From contig CAZMAM010000003.1 of NCBI GenBank assembly GCA_964564305.1, positions 7,983-71,982 on the forward strand: DNA of 64,000 bases. Direction: 5' to 3'. The first letter of the stretch is position 1. Each line of letters opens with the position of its first letter. The translations under genes were made by a program, and so were the position numbers. The notes beneath the pieces were generated by a model that was not told the DNA's origin, did no database searches, and saw nothing but the letters and a program-made list of their open reading frames with translations. The DNA is from an uncultured Eubacteriales bacterium. Its GTDB lineage: Bacteria > Bacillota > Clostridia > Oscillospirales > Acutalibacteraceae. Shown piece after piece: positions 9,644 to 18,723 of the stretch.

Positions 9644-12600
9644 ATAAGGCGGCAAACGGGTTTTTCCGTGTAGCGGCGGTAATGCTGGCATTGGCGGTGA
9701 TGCTCTCCGCTTTCCCGTTCAGCGTGATTGGAGCGGCGGCGGCGCAAAAGGTCTTTACGTTTACCGTCACCGATATCGCGCAATCTCCCCTTAAGGGCGC
9801 ACAAGTGTCGGTTTTTCCTCCGCAGGAGGGCGAACCTATCGTGATGACAACCGGCGCACAAGGTACCGCATCCTTTGATTTGGATGAGGGAACGGCGTAC
9901 CGGTACGAGGTGTCTCTGTATGGATATCAAACGGTCGCGGGTGAAGTCGATTGGGAGGCCGGAAAAGCGGACGTCACATTAATGCCGGCGAGTAAAGCCG
10001 AGTTAAAGGGCAAAGTGACCGATTCCGAAGACACGCCGCTGCCAAATGTCGCAGTGCGTCTGGAATGCCAAGAGGATAAACGCGATACGCAAACGGGCCC
10101 CGACGGATCGTTTACTTTTGCGGATGTATACGAAGGAGAAACCTATACGCTTACCGCTACTCTGGCCGAATATAAAACACATACGGTTACGGTAAGCGAT
10201 TTTTCTCGGGAAACTGCCGTAAAACTGACGCGGAAAGAATCTGATCCGCTGAAGTTTTCTCAATCGTCCGTTGAGATAACATACGGAGAAACGGTTCCGC
10301 AAAATATCGCCACAGGTGAAAAAAGCCAAGAAAATGCGGATAAGTACGAGTCGTCCGTTATATCGGTGGCTACGGTGGACAATTCCGGAAAGGTAACGGT
10401 TATCGGCGTAGGAACCACAAAGATTACCGCGACCAAATCAGAAAATGAGGACTACCTTAATTCTTCGGCGTCATATATCCTTACCGTAAATGCGGGGAAA
10501 CAGTCTGCGCTTAAATGGAAAAACCCTGTTCCTCAATCCCTCAGTTGGAAAGAGACCTTTACGTTTTCCGTGAGCGGCGGTAGCGGAAACGGGGCTGTCA
10601 CCTACAGCGTAGATAAAGCGGAAGTGGCCGAGATTGATCCTTCTTCGGGAGTACTCACGCCGAAAAAGCCGGGGCAGATTACGGTTACCGCGACAAAAGC
10701 GGGAGAAGTCAAAGACGGGCAGCAACTGTATGAAGATGCATCCATTACTGCTTCTCTTACTCTGACAAAAGCGAAACAGGCGACTTTGACATTTACACAA
10801 CCGGATGAGGAATATTCCGTTGTCTTTGGAGAAACTTTTGCCAATCCCGCGACCGGCGGATCGGTTTCGGGCAAGATTACCTATGCGGTGGAAGATTCCG
10901 ACATAGCGAGTGTAGACGAGAACGGAACCGTCACTCCTCTTCAATCCGGGAGAGTGAAAGTAACCGCCACCTTGAAGGGTGACGAGTTTTATGATGATGT
11001 TTCCGCTTCTTATATCTTGAATATTCAAGCGGCGGAGCAAAAGAATTTTCACTTTTTGATTCTCGGAGAATCGTTTACCGTTACATTTGGGGATAAATTT
11101 TTTAATCCCGCTCTCTTCGGGGAAAATAAGCCGATTAAATACGATTCTTCCGATCAAACGGTCGCTACTGTAGATGAACACGGCAATGTCACCACACTGA
11201 AGCAGGGAAAAACGGTCATTACCGCAACCAGCCCGCAGGACGGCCGCTTTGATTCGAAGACCATCCAATACACATTAATTGTTCAACGGGCAGAGCAGAC
11301 GGTTGTATTTGAAACGGAAAATATTCCTCAGGTCACTTACGGGGACGACGGCTTTCAAAATACAGCGAGTGCCAAAACAACCATCACTTATACTTCATCG
11401 AAGCCGGAAACGGTTGCCGTAGATGAAGCAACGGGAAAACTGACCTACCTCCAGTCGGGTATCGCCATCATCAAGGCTACCGCCGCGGAAACGGATCAAT
11501 ATAAATCCGCTTATGCGGAATATACCATTTCCGTTGGTCTTGCAGAACAGACCGTTACGTTTCAAAAAGGATCCGAAGTTACCGTCACTTTCAACGACAA
11601 CGAAAACTTGTTTGTCAATCCAGCGATCAGCGACAAACAGGGCGCAGTGAACAATGTTACATACAGCACTGATAGCAATCTTGTGGAACATTTGGACGTC
11701 AAATCGGGCCAATTTACGATTAAAGGCGCCGGTACAATCATCGTTCGGGCAACAATTGACGAAGATAAGTGCTACCAAGGAGCTTCGGGGACATACATTT
11801 TAACCGTAGAAAAAGACGATCAAACAATTGCGTTTGATCGGGAAAACTATACCCTGACTTCCGGTCATGATTTTCCGGAAGGAGAAAGCCCAAAAGCTAC
11901 CGAGCAGGGAAAGTTTTACGGAACCGGTGCGATTACTTATGCCTATCAGGACGACAGCAACGGAATTGTCAAAACCTTTTCACCGACAGACGGTGCGCTA
12001 GATTTGACTTACCGACTTGGAACGGTTACGGTGACCGCCACTAAAAAGGGAGATATCAATTATAAAGATGCGAGCGCATCTTATCAGCTCACTGTTTCCC
12101 CTTGGGTTCCGGAAAAAGAGGAAAATTATTATCATCTGGATGGCAATGCGCTTCCCGGCAACGAATGGTTCCGATCGGCTGTTTCCCTGTTTGCCGACAA
12201 CGGATGTCAGGTTGGAATAACAAACGAAAAGGGTACCGAATGGTTTAACAGCATCCCGGATATGGTGACGGAGGACGGAGAAAATCATTCCATTACCTTT
12301 TATTTGAAAAACGCTCAAGGAGATATTTCCGATAAAATTACGCTGTCCGTCAAAAAGGACGGCACTCCGCCATCGGTGTCTTTGAGCAAAGAGGCGCCGT
12401 CGTTTGCCTTTCGGTTCTTGGAAATTATATTATTCGGAACATGGCATAAGGATACGGTTGAATACACGGCTGAGGCAAGCGATGAACTTTCGGGTAATAC
12501 CAAAATCGAGTATTATCTTGATACAACCGGGATCGATGTGAAAGATCGCGAGGCATTGGACAAAATATCTGATTGGCAGCCCTATGATCAATCGATTTCG

Positions 12601-15600
12601 GTTTCGAAGGATCAGGCGTTTGTGGTTTACGTCAAAGCTACGGATGCGGCGGGCAACGTGGAATATACCGATTCCCACGGTGTTATCTTTGACGCTACAC
12701 CGCCGAGTATTTCATTGACACCTTCGGACACCGGAAACGATTATGAAAACGGATTTTATACCGGGGATGCGCTGTTTGATCTTGCGGTTACCGATAAACA
12801 GCCGTCCAGCGGTATCCAATCGGTGGATTATACCGTTACCGTTAACGGAAGTGAGAAAATTTCCCAAAATCTGTTTACCTGTGATCCGTCTGCGGAGGAG
12901 GAACAACAAAGGGTGTTCCGTTTTCCGGAGAGCGGTAATTTTCTCATTACGGTTCCGAGCACGGGATTGTCGGAAACGGATCGGGTAACTCTTACCGTCA
13001 CCGTAAAGGACCTTGCGGGTAATCTGCAAACGGAAACGTTGGAGAATTTGCGCATCATTTCTTCACCCGCCGTTGTTCTCCTTTCTCCCATAGCAGAGGG
13101 TTATTACCGCAATCCGCAAACGGTCACCGTTACGGTGTGCGGCAAACCGGATTCGTTCGACGAAAATAAGGTTCATCTCACGGTTACCGCCACCGATGCC
13201 GCCGGAAAACCGGTCGCAGACGATCTTTCTCCGTATTATACGCTCGGCGCGTGGAGCCGGACTCAGAGCGGGGATCATGTTGCCGAATGTACTTTTCGCG
13301 GCAATGCCAACTATCGTGTCGGTGTGACATACGAAGAGCCGAAGGGCATGATCGGAGAAGCCGAAAAAGAGCTCAGTTTCACGGTAGATGCCGAAAAACC
13401 CACAGGCAAAGTGAGCATCGGGAGTCTGGGCGCATGGGAGACATTGCTGGAGAAACTGACCTTCGGGTTGTGGAGCCGGGATATTCTTCATGTTACCGCA
13501 ATTGCAGAGGATGCGATCAGCGCTCCGGATGTTCGGATAGATATGATTCGTTTGCCCGACAAAACCGCGAAGACGCAGGCCGAACTGGAAGCACTTGCCC
13601 CGGAGACATGGAAGACATATGAGCCGTTTGATGTCAAAACAGATGAAGTCTTCACCGTATACCTGAAATTGACGGACGCGGCGGGGAATGTGGCGTATAT
13701 TTCGTCTGACGGAATTATTTTGGATACCGAGAAATCCCGTATTACCATACGGCCCAAAGAAGCGGCGAACGAAAACGGATACTATAATCGGGATGTGCCT
13801 ATTGTCATAGAAGTTACGGAAGAAAACAAGGATGTGCATTCCGGCTTAAAGAGCATAATCTATCGGGTAGAGAATAACGGGGAGAAGACTCAGGAAGGGA
13901 CGCTGTTTACCTTTGAACGGGCGAATCCCGCGTATGAAGAATTGGTGGACACATGGAACAGCGATGAAGCCGGAAAAGAAGTGGTGGTAGACGCTCAGAA
14001 GAACAATTCGGATGCGGTCAGCGTCGTTGTCACGGTAACGGATAATGCGGGTAACGTACAGGAAGACGAAATAGCGCTGAAAATTGATGTGACCAAACCG
14101 AAGATACGGCTGACGTATGACCGGCAAACGGAGCGCGTGTATTCCGGACGGGGATATTTTATGACGGAGCGCACCGCGACGGTGGTAATCACCGAGAGGA
14201 CGTCCACATTTGACCCGGAGCAGGCAACGGCGGGATTGGTATTTTCGGGAACAGACGCGAGCGGGGCAGCGGTGGAACTCAATCGCGAGGCGATGATTGT
14301 CGATTGGGAAGAGCCGCACGAAGGAGCAACGCCGGACGAAGCCACACATACGGCGCACATTCATTTTACGGAAGACGCCAATTACACCTTCAGCGTGAGT
14401 TATACCGATAAGGCCGGGAACGCCAACGAGCCGGTCGATACCGGAGATTCGGTGACACCGTATACCTTCACGGTGGATAAAGAGGCACCAAGCGGCGTGA
14501 TTACGGCGGGAAACAATAGTTGGGATGTTTTGCTGTATACCTTAACCTTCGGGCTTTGGAGCAGAGAATCCGTAACCGTGAGTGCTTCGGTACAGGATGC
14601 CACCAGCCCGGTGACGGTAGAATATTTCAAAACCGATGCAACCGATTTGCTGAGCTTTGGAGATTTGGAAAAAATAGACGGCTGGGCGCTGTTTTCCGGC
14701 TTGACGGTATCTGCTGCTGAGCGGGACGAACGGTTTACGGTATATCTGCGTATTACGGATTATGCGGGGAATAGGATATATCTGCAAACAGACGGTCATG
14801 TAGTAGAGAAAACCGCGCCGAAATTAACGCTTACACCGCAGGAGACTTCAATTGAGCACAACGGTATCGGTGTATACAACGGCGATGTTACCGTATTGAT
14901 TCGGGCACAGGAGTCGGATCCGTATTCCGGTATTCAAAAAGTGGAATACTGGGTAGAATGCGCCGGCAGAGAGACCCAGCGGGAAACCCTTTTCACGTAC
15001 GAATATATCCGCGATACCGGCATCGGTAACAACGGCGGCGATCTGACCATTACGGAGGGCGGACAGGAAACCTCTCAGTACGGATTTGTTCCCACCTTTG
15101 AAGATTTGCAATCTTCGTTTGAACAGGTTATTACGGTGGATGCGGAAAAAAACAACAGCTGTGATGTTTCCGTTACCGTTGGCGTAACCGATAATGCGGG
15201 CAATTACGCACAGGAAAGCGTTTCGCTGGATATTGATATTACGGCGCCGGTCATCTCCGTTTCCTTCAACAATAACGCGGTGCATAAGACAGTTGGTGAG
15301 CGCGGATATTATCCTTCCGCACGAACGGCAACCGTAACCGTAACCGAGAGAACCGGGCACTTCAACGCGCAGCAAGCCACAGACAGCTTGAAGATTCAGG
15401 CGGTGAATGCCAAGGGAGAACCTGTGCGCAGCGAAGCGGCAGGACGGATTAGCGGCTGGACAACAACGGAACATTCGAATGAAAACACGGCAACTCATAC
15501 CGCTACCGTCGAATTTTCCGCCGATGCTAATTATGATTTTTCCCTGAGTTATACTGATTTGGACGGTTGGGAGAACGGGGAGATTGATACCGAGGGGTGC

Positions 15601-18276
15601 ATAACGCCTTATCATTTTACCGTAGACAAAACGGCGCCGACCGGTACCGTGACTGTCGAGAGCTTGGGTACGTGGGACAAGCTAATTGAGGTGCTGACAT
15701 TCGGATTATGGAGCAAAGACACGGTCTCGGTTACGGGAACCAGCGATGATTTGACCAGTCCGATTGATTCGGTAGATTATTACAAAACGCCGGATATTGT
15801 GGCCAAAACCGTTGAGGAATTGGAAAATATTTTCGAATGGGCTCCTTTCACCTCGTTGTCCGTTTCTCCGAACGAGCGGTTCGCCATTTACTTGCGAATT
15901 ACCGATAATGCGGGCAATGTCACCTATATCAGCACGGACGGCATTATCGTGGATGATCGCATTCCGGTATTTGAACAGGTACAGCCGGAAATCACATTGA
16001 CTCCGCTTTATCCGGAAGACGGGGTATTTTATCCGGAAGACGGGGTATATCAGTCAAACGTCACGGTGTCGGTCAGGGTGATTGATCCGAATGTGGGCGC
16101 GCAGGCTGTTTATTCCGGATTAAGAGAAATTCGATATGAGGTTACCAATTTGGGTAATATTACCCAAAGCGGAGTTCTGTTTAATTTCGTGTTGCAGAAT
16201 CCCACACAGCCGCAGCTGCTGCAGCTGTGGAAAAAACAGGACGCCATTGTGGTAGACAGCGCGCTGAATAACAGCAATCAGGTTTTGGTTCGGGTATTTG
16301 CCACAGATAACGCTGGAAACGAAAATGAGGAAGAAATCAGTCTGCAGATAGACGTCACACCTCCGGAAATTTCGGTTCGGTACGATAATAACGACGGAGA
16401 TACCTCTTTTGCGGAGGGCACCTATTTCAATGCGGATCGTCGTGCCACGATTACGGTGACGGAGCGCAATTTTGATCCGCAGAATGTAACGCTCAGCGTT
16501 ACCAATACCGATGGCCCCGTTCCGGTACTTTCGGAATGGTCAACGGCGTTGGGATCTTCGGAAAACGGAGATGATATTCGCCATATTGCGACATTGCTGT
16601 ACCATGCCGATGGAGATTACCGCTTCGATATTTCGCTCACCGACAGGGCGGGAAACGCCAATACGCCTGTGGATTACGGAACATCGCTTGCGCCCGTATC
16701 TTTTACCGTGGATCAAACATTACCGGTAATACAGGTGACATACGACAATAATGCTGCGGCAAATGGAAATTACTACAATGCTCCGAGAATCGGAACCGTT
16801 ACCGTGACGGAACACAATTTTGAAACGTCCCGTGCGTTGTTTACTTTAAATGCTACCGATAACGGCGTACAGGCTTCGCTTCCCACAGTCAGCGGATGGT
16901 CCTCAAGCGGTGATGTGCATACCGCAACGGTGCGTTATGCTCAAGATTCGCTGTATTCCTTTGATTTTGCGTATACCGATATGGCGGGCAATGCCGCCCC
17001 AGATATACCCGAACAGCAATTTTATGTCGATCAGACACAGCCGGAAGTGACCATTCAAAAAGTATCTGCGAATGGGGTCAACCGGAAATTAGATGAGTCC
17101 GCAAACACCGGAGAAGGAAATATCGGTTTTGTCATCACGGCAACCGATACCAACTTTGATATTTTTACGCCGGAACTGACGGCTGTGGTTCGTTCTTCTG
17201 ACACCTTTGAAGTCAGACAACTGGAAGTCGGATCATTCTCAGAAACGGCAAACGGCAGAAGGTATACTGTCTCCAATCTGGATACGGACGGAATTTATAC
17301 CGTTCGGTGTACGGTAATCGATAAAGCGGGCAATGCGTTTACACAAATTCATTTGGAAGACAGTCAGGGAAATGATTATGTCGAGAACCGTTCGGGAGAG
17401 GATGATTTGGTGACCTTTTCCGTGAACCGCTTCGGTTCCACATTTATGCTCGGTCAATCCACGGCAGATATGGTTGACCAATATTATGTGCAGCGCGTGA
17501 CGGAAGATTTGACTGTCATTGAAATCAACGCAGACCCGATTCAAGAACGTTATATTACTTCGGGCGGTGAGGACATTCACGAGAATGAGGGATATACTGT
17601 CACAGAAGAAGGCGGAAACGGCGATTGGTTTCGGTACACTTACCGCGTGAGCCGTTCACTGTTTGATGAAGAGGGCGAGTATCGCGTGGTGGTATCCTCC
17701 AAGGATAAGGCTGAGAACGATGCCTTCAGCGATGTCAAGGACGCTGCCATTGAATTTGTGGTTGACCGCACGGCGCCGGTGGTGACGGTAACCGGCTTGG
17801 CTCAGGGCGGAAGGTACCAAACGGAAAGACAAACGGTAACCGTTACTCCCATCGATGACGGAGGAGCGCTGCGTTCACTGACCGTTCGTATGGTGGAAGC
17901 AGACAGAGACGGCAACGTTACCGAAATATTATCGGAGCCGATCCGTCTTTCGGGAGAAGAACTGGCGACGGTTCTTGAGGAAAATGACGGTCATATCACC
18001 TTTGAAGTGGCGGAGGGGCTGTACCAAAATGTGCAAATCCTTTGCGACGATCAGGCGGTGGACGAAAACGGCGATTTTAATACTTTTGATACCGTTATCA
18101 CCAATGTTTCCGTATCGTCCAATGCTTTTATGATTTTCTGGGCAAACCGTCCGCTCCGTTACGGTATTATCGGTGGTGTGGCTTTGGTCGCGCTTGCGGT
18201 GTTTCTCCTGATTATCTTATTAAAGCGCAAAAAAGAAAAGGAGCAGGAAGAAGAGGTTTCTTCGGCGCAATCCTAA
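9640..18276 (+). CDS. Giant (2878 aa) cell-surface Ig-like repeat protein with a signal peptide and a C-terminal TM anchor
   Basis: The N-terminal signal-like helix is AAVMLALAVMLSAFPFSVIGAAAAQ. It has 2 carboxypeptidase-regulatory-like beta-sandwich units and about 7 Big_2-like units (e.g. GTTKITATK, GQITVTATKAG, GRVKVTATLKG). Four modules of roughly 350-385 aa are marked by TFGLWS(R/K) and TD(N/A)AGN motifs. The C-terminal TM GIIGGVALVALAVFLLIILL is followed by KRKKEKE. No LPXTG motif is present. Confidence 0.85.
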   Translation: MNKAANGFFRVAAVMLALAVMLSAFPFSVIGAAAAQKVFTFTVTDIAQSPLKGAQVSVFPPQEGEPIVMTTGAQGTASFDLDEGTAYRYEVSLYGYQTVAGEVDWEAGKADVTLMPASKAELKGKVTDSEDTPLPNVAVRLECQEDKRDTQTGPDGSFTFADVYEGETYTLTATLAEYKTHTVTVSDFSRETAVKLTRKESDPLKFSQSSVEITYGETVPQNIATGEKSQENADKYESSVISVATVDNSGKVTVIGVGTTKITATKSENEDYLNSSASYILTVNAGKQSALKWKNPVPQSLSWKETFTFSVSGGSGNGAVTYSVDKAEVAEIDPSSGVLTPKKPGQITVTATKAGEVKDGQQLYEDASITASLTLTKAKQATLTFTQPDEEYSVVFGETFANPATGGSVSGKITYAVEDSDIASVDENGTVTPLQSGRVKVTATLKGDEFYDDVSASYILNIQAAEQKNFHFLILGESFTVTFGDKFFNPALFGENKPIKYDSSDQTVATVDEHGNVTTLKQGKTVITATSPQDGRFDSKTIQYTLIVQRAEQTVVFETENIPQVTYGDDGFQNTASAKTTITYTSSKPETVAVDEATGKLTYLQSGIAIIKATAAETDQYKSAYAEYTISVGLAEQTVTFQKGSEVTVTFNDNENLFVNPAISDKQGAVNNVTYSTDSNLVEHLDVKSGQFTIKGAGTIIVRATIDEDKCYQGASGTYILTVEKDDQTIAFDRENYTLTSGHDFPEGESPKATEQGKFYGTGAITYAYQDDSNGIVKTFSPTDGALDLTYRLGTVTVTATKKGDINYKDASASYQLTVSPWVPEKEENYYHLDGNALPGNEWFRSAVSLFADNGCQVGITNEKGTEWFNSIPDMVTEDGENHSITFYLKNAQGDISDKITLSVKKDGTPPSVSLSKEAPSFAFRFLEIILFGTWHKDTVEYTAEASDELSGNTKIEYYLDTTGIDVKDREALDKISDWQPYDQSISVSKDQAFVVYVKATDAAGNVEYTDSHGVIFDATPPSISLTPSDTGNDYENGFYTGDALFDLAVTDKQPSSGIQSVDYTVTVNGSEKISQNLFTCDPSAEEEQQRVFRFPESGNFLITVPSTGLSETDRVTLTVTVKDLAGNLQTETLENLRIISSPAVVLLSPIAEGYYRNPQTVTVTVCGKPDSFDENKVHLTVTATDAAGKPVADDLSPYYTLGAWSRTQSGDHVAECTFRGNANYRVGVTYEEPKGMIGEAEKELSFTVDAEKPTGKVSIGSLGAWETLLEKLTFGLWSRDILHVTAIAEDAISAPDVRIDMIRLPDKTAKTQAELEALAPETWKTYEPFDVKTDEVFTVYLKLTDAAGNVAYISSDGIILDTEKSRITIRPKEAANENGYYNRDVPIVIEVTEENKDVHSGLKSIIYRVENNGEKTQEGTLFTFERANPAYEELVDTWNSDEAGKEVVVDAQKNNSDAVSVVVTVTDNAGNVQEDEIALKIDVTKPKIRLTYDRQTERVYSGRGYFMTERTATVVITERTSTFDPEQATAGLVFSGTDASGAAVELNREAMIVDWEEPHEGATPDEATHTAHIHFTEDANYTFSVSYTDKAGNANEPVDTGDSVTPYTFTVDKEAPSGVITAGNNSWDVLLYTLTFGLWSRESVTVSASVQDATSPVTVEYFKTDATDLLSFGDLEKIDGWALFSGLTVSAAERDERFTVYLRITDYAGNRIYLQTDGHVVEKTAPKLTLTPQETSIEHNGIGVYNGDVTVLIRAQESDPYSGIQKVEYWVECAGRETQRETLFTYEYIRDTGIGNNGGDLTITEGGQETSQYGFVPTFEDLQSSFEQVITVDAEKNNSCDVSVTVGVTDNAGNYAQESVSLDIDITAPVISVSFNNNAVHKTVGERGYYPSARTATVTVTERTGHFNAQQATDSLKIQAVNAKGEPVRSEAAGRISGWTTTEHSNENTATHTATVEFSADANYDFSLSYTDLDGWENGEIDTEGCITPYHFTVDKTAPTGTVTVESLGTWDKLIEVLTFGLWSKDTVSVTGTSDDLTSPIDSVDYYKTPDIVAKTVEELENIFEWAPFTSLSVSPNERFAIYLRITDNAGNVTYISTDGIIVDDRIPVFEQVQPEITLTPLYPEDGVFYPEDGVYQSNVTVSVRVIDPNVGAQAVYSGLREIRYEVTNLGNITQSGVLFNFVLQNPTQPQLLQLWKKQDAIVVDSALNNSNQVLVRVFATDNAGNENEEEISLQIDVTPPEISVRYDNNDGDTSFAEGTYFNADRRATITVTERNFDPQNVTLSVTNTDGPVPVLSEWSTALGSSENGDDIRHIATLLYHADGDYRFDISLTDRAGNANTPVDYGTSLAPVSFTVDQTLPVIQVTYDNNAAANGNYYNAPRIGTVTVTEHNFETSRALFTLNATDNGVQASLPTVSGWSSSGDVHTATVRYAQDSLYSFDFAYTDMAGNAAPDIPEQQFYVDQTQPEVTIQKVSANGVNRKLDESANTGEGNIGFVITATDTNFDIFTPELTAVVRSSDTFEVRQLEVGSFSETANGRRYTVSNLDTDGIYTVRCTVIDKAGNAFTQIHLEDSQGNDYVENRSGEDDLVTFSVNRFGSTFMLGQSTADMVDQYYVQRVTEDLTVIEINADPIQERYITSGGEDIHENEGYTVTEEGGNGDWFRYTYRVSRSLFDEEGEYRVVVSSKDKAENDAFSDVKDAAIEFVVDRTAPVVTVTGLAQGGRYQTERQTVTVTPIDDGGALRSLTVRMVEADRDGNVTEILSEPIRLSGEELATVLEENDGHITFEVAEGLYQNVQILCDDQAVDENGDFNTFDTVITNVSVSSNAFMIFWANRPLRYGIIGGVALVALAVFLLIILLKRKKEKEQEEEVSSAQS

Positions 18277-18453
18277 GGCAACACCGCACAAAGACCGGCT
18301 ACCGCCTTTGTCGCCCATCTGCGGACGTCTTTTCCGTCATATATTACAAAAATCCTCGGAAGTACACAAAGTATTCCCTGCGGTTTTTGTTTCATCTGAC
18401 GAAAAATTCGCTCCTGCTTCACGCACGACAATCTTTATGCGGTATTACCCTAA
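18274..18453 (-). repeat. Intergenic repeat family, copy A (inverted relative to copies B and C)
   Basis: The reverse complement aligns over about 175 nt with 36729-36910 and 54641-54825. Shared blocks are GCATAAAGATT, GGATTTTTGTAATA, AAAAGACG and CCGGTCTTTGTGCGGTGTTGCCTTA. Its terminal TTA supplies the TAA stop of the giant gene. Confidence 0.75.
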
Positions 18454-18723
18454 TCTTTTGACACGCATAGGCATCAATCGCCCTCCCCGGGTTTGGGGAG
18501 GGCGATTTGCGTAGCGCCATATTATTCGCCGCTTCCTGAATCGATGCCGCAGGCAATTTGTTCCGGATGACATGATGAATGCCCTTAGGAAAATTTTTGC
18601 GGTCTTAGAAAGCTTTTGGGCGTTTTATGAAGCGGTGTCAAGAGATGTTGCAAAGAAATAAAGACTAGAACCTTTGTGGCGTACTGTGAGGGCCGTTGCA
18701 TAAAGCTTACAGACCGATTCGCG

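Noticed and set aside
10471-11268. A 265-aa minus-strand ORF, and several smaller ones, lie inside the giant gene.
   Set aside because: They are antisense to a continuous 8.6-kb ORF with coherent Ig-repeat architecture. Their composition is biased and no start context is present.
18308-18514. Small ORFs lie inside the repeat-family copies (18308-18514 +, 36554-36841 -, 54524-54763 -). They share peptide similarity (LQKS..FPA.FV.S.EK.AP..RT.IFM).
   Set aside because: The similarity is about what roughly 70 percent DNA identity would give by chance. Copy B breaks the frame with indels. No RBS or consistent start or stop is present, and the copy C ORF runs into the neighbouring gene. I treat them as non-coding, but this is worth re-testing with more copies.
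18570-18720. A possible fourth, degenerate forward copy of the repeat family (blocks such as ATTTTTGCGGTCTTAG and GAACCTTTGTGGCGTACTGTGAGGGCCGTTGCATAAAGC).
   Set aside because: Only short blocks match and they are not colinear without a roughly 40-nt deletion. This cannot be distinguished from chance by eye.
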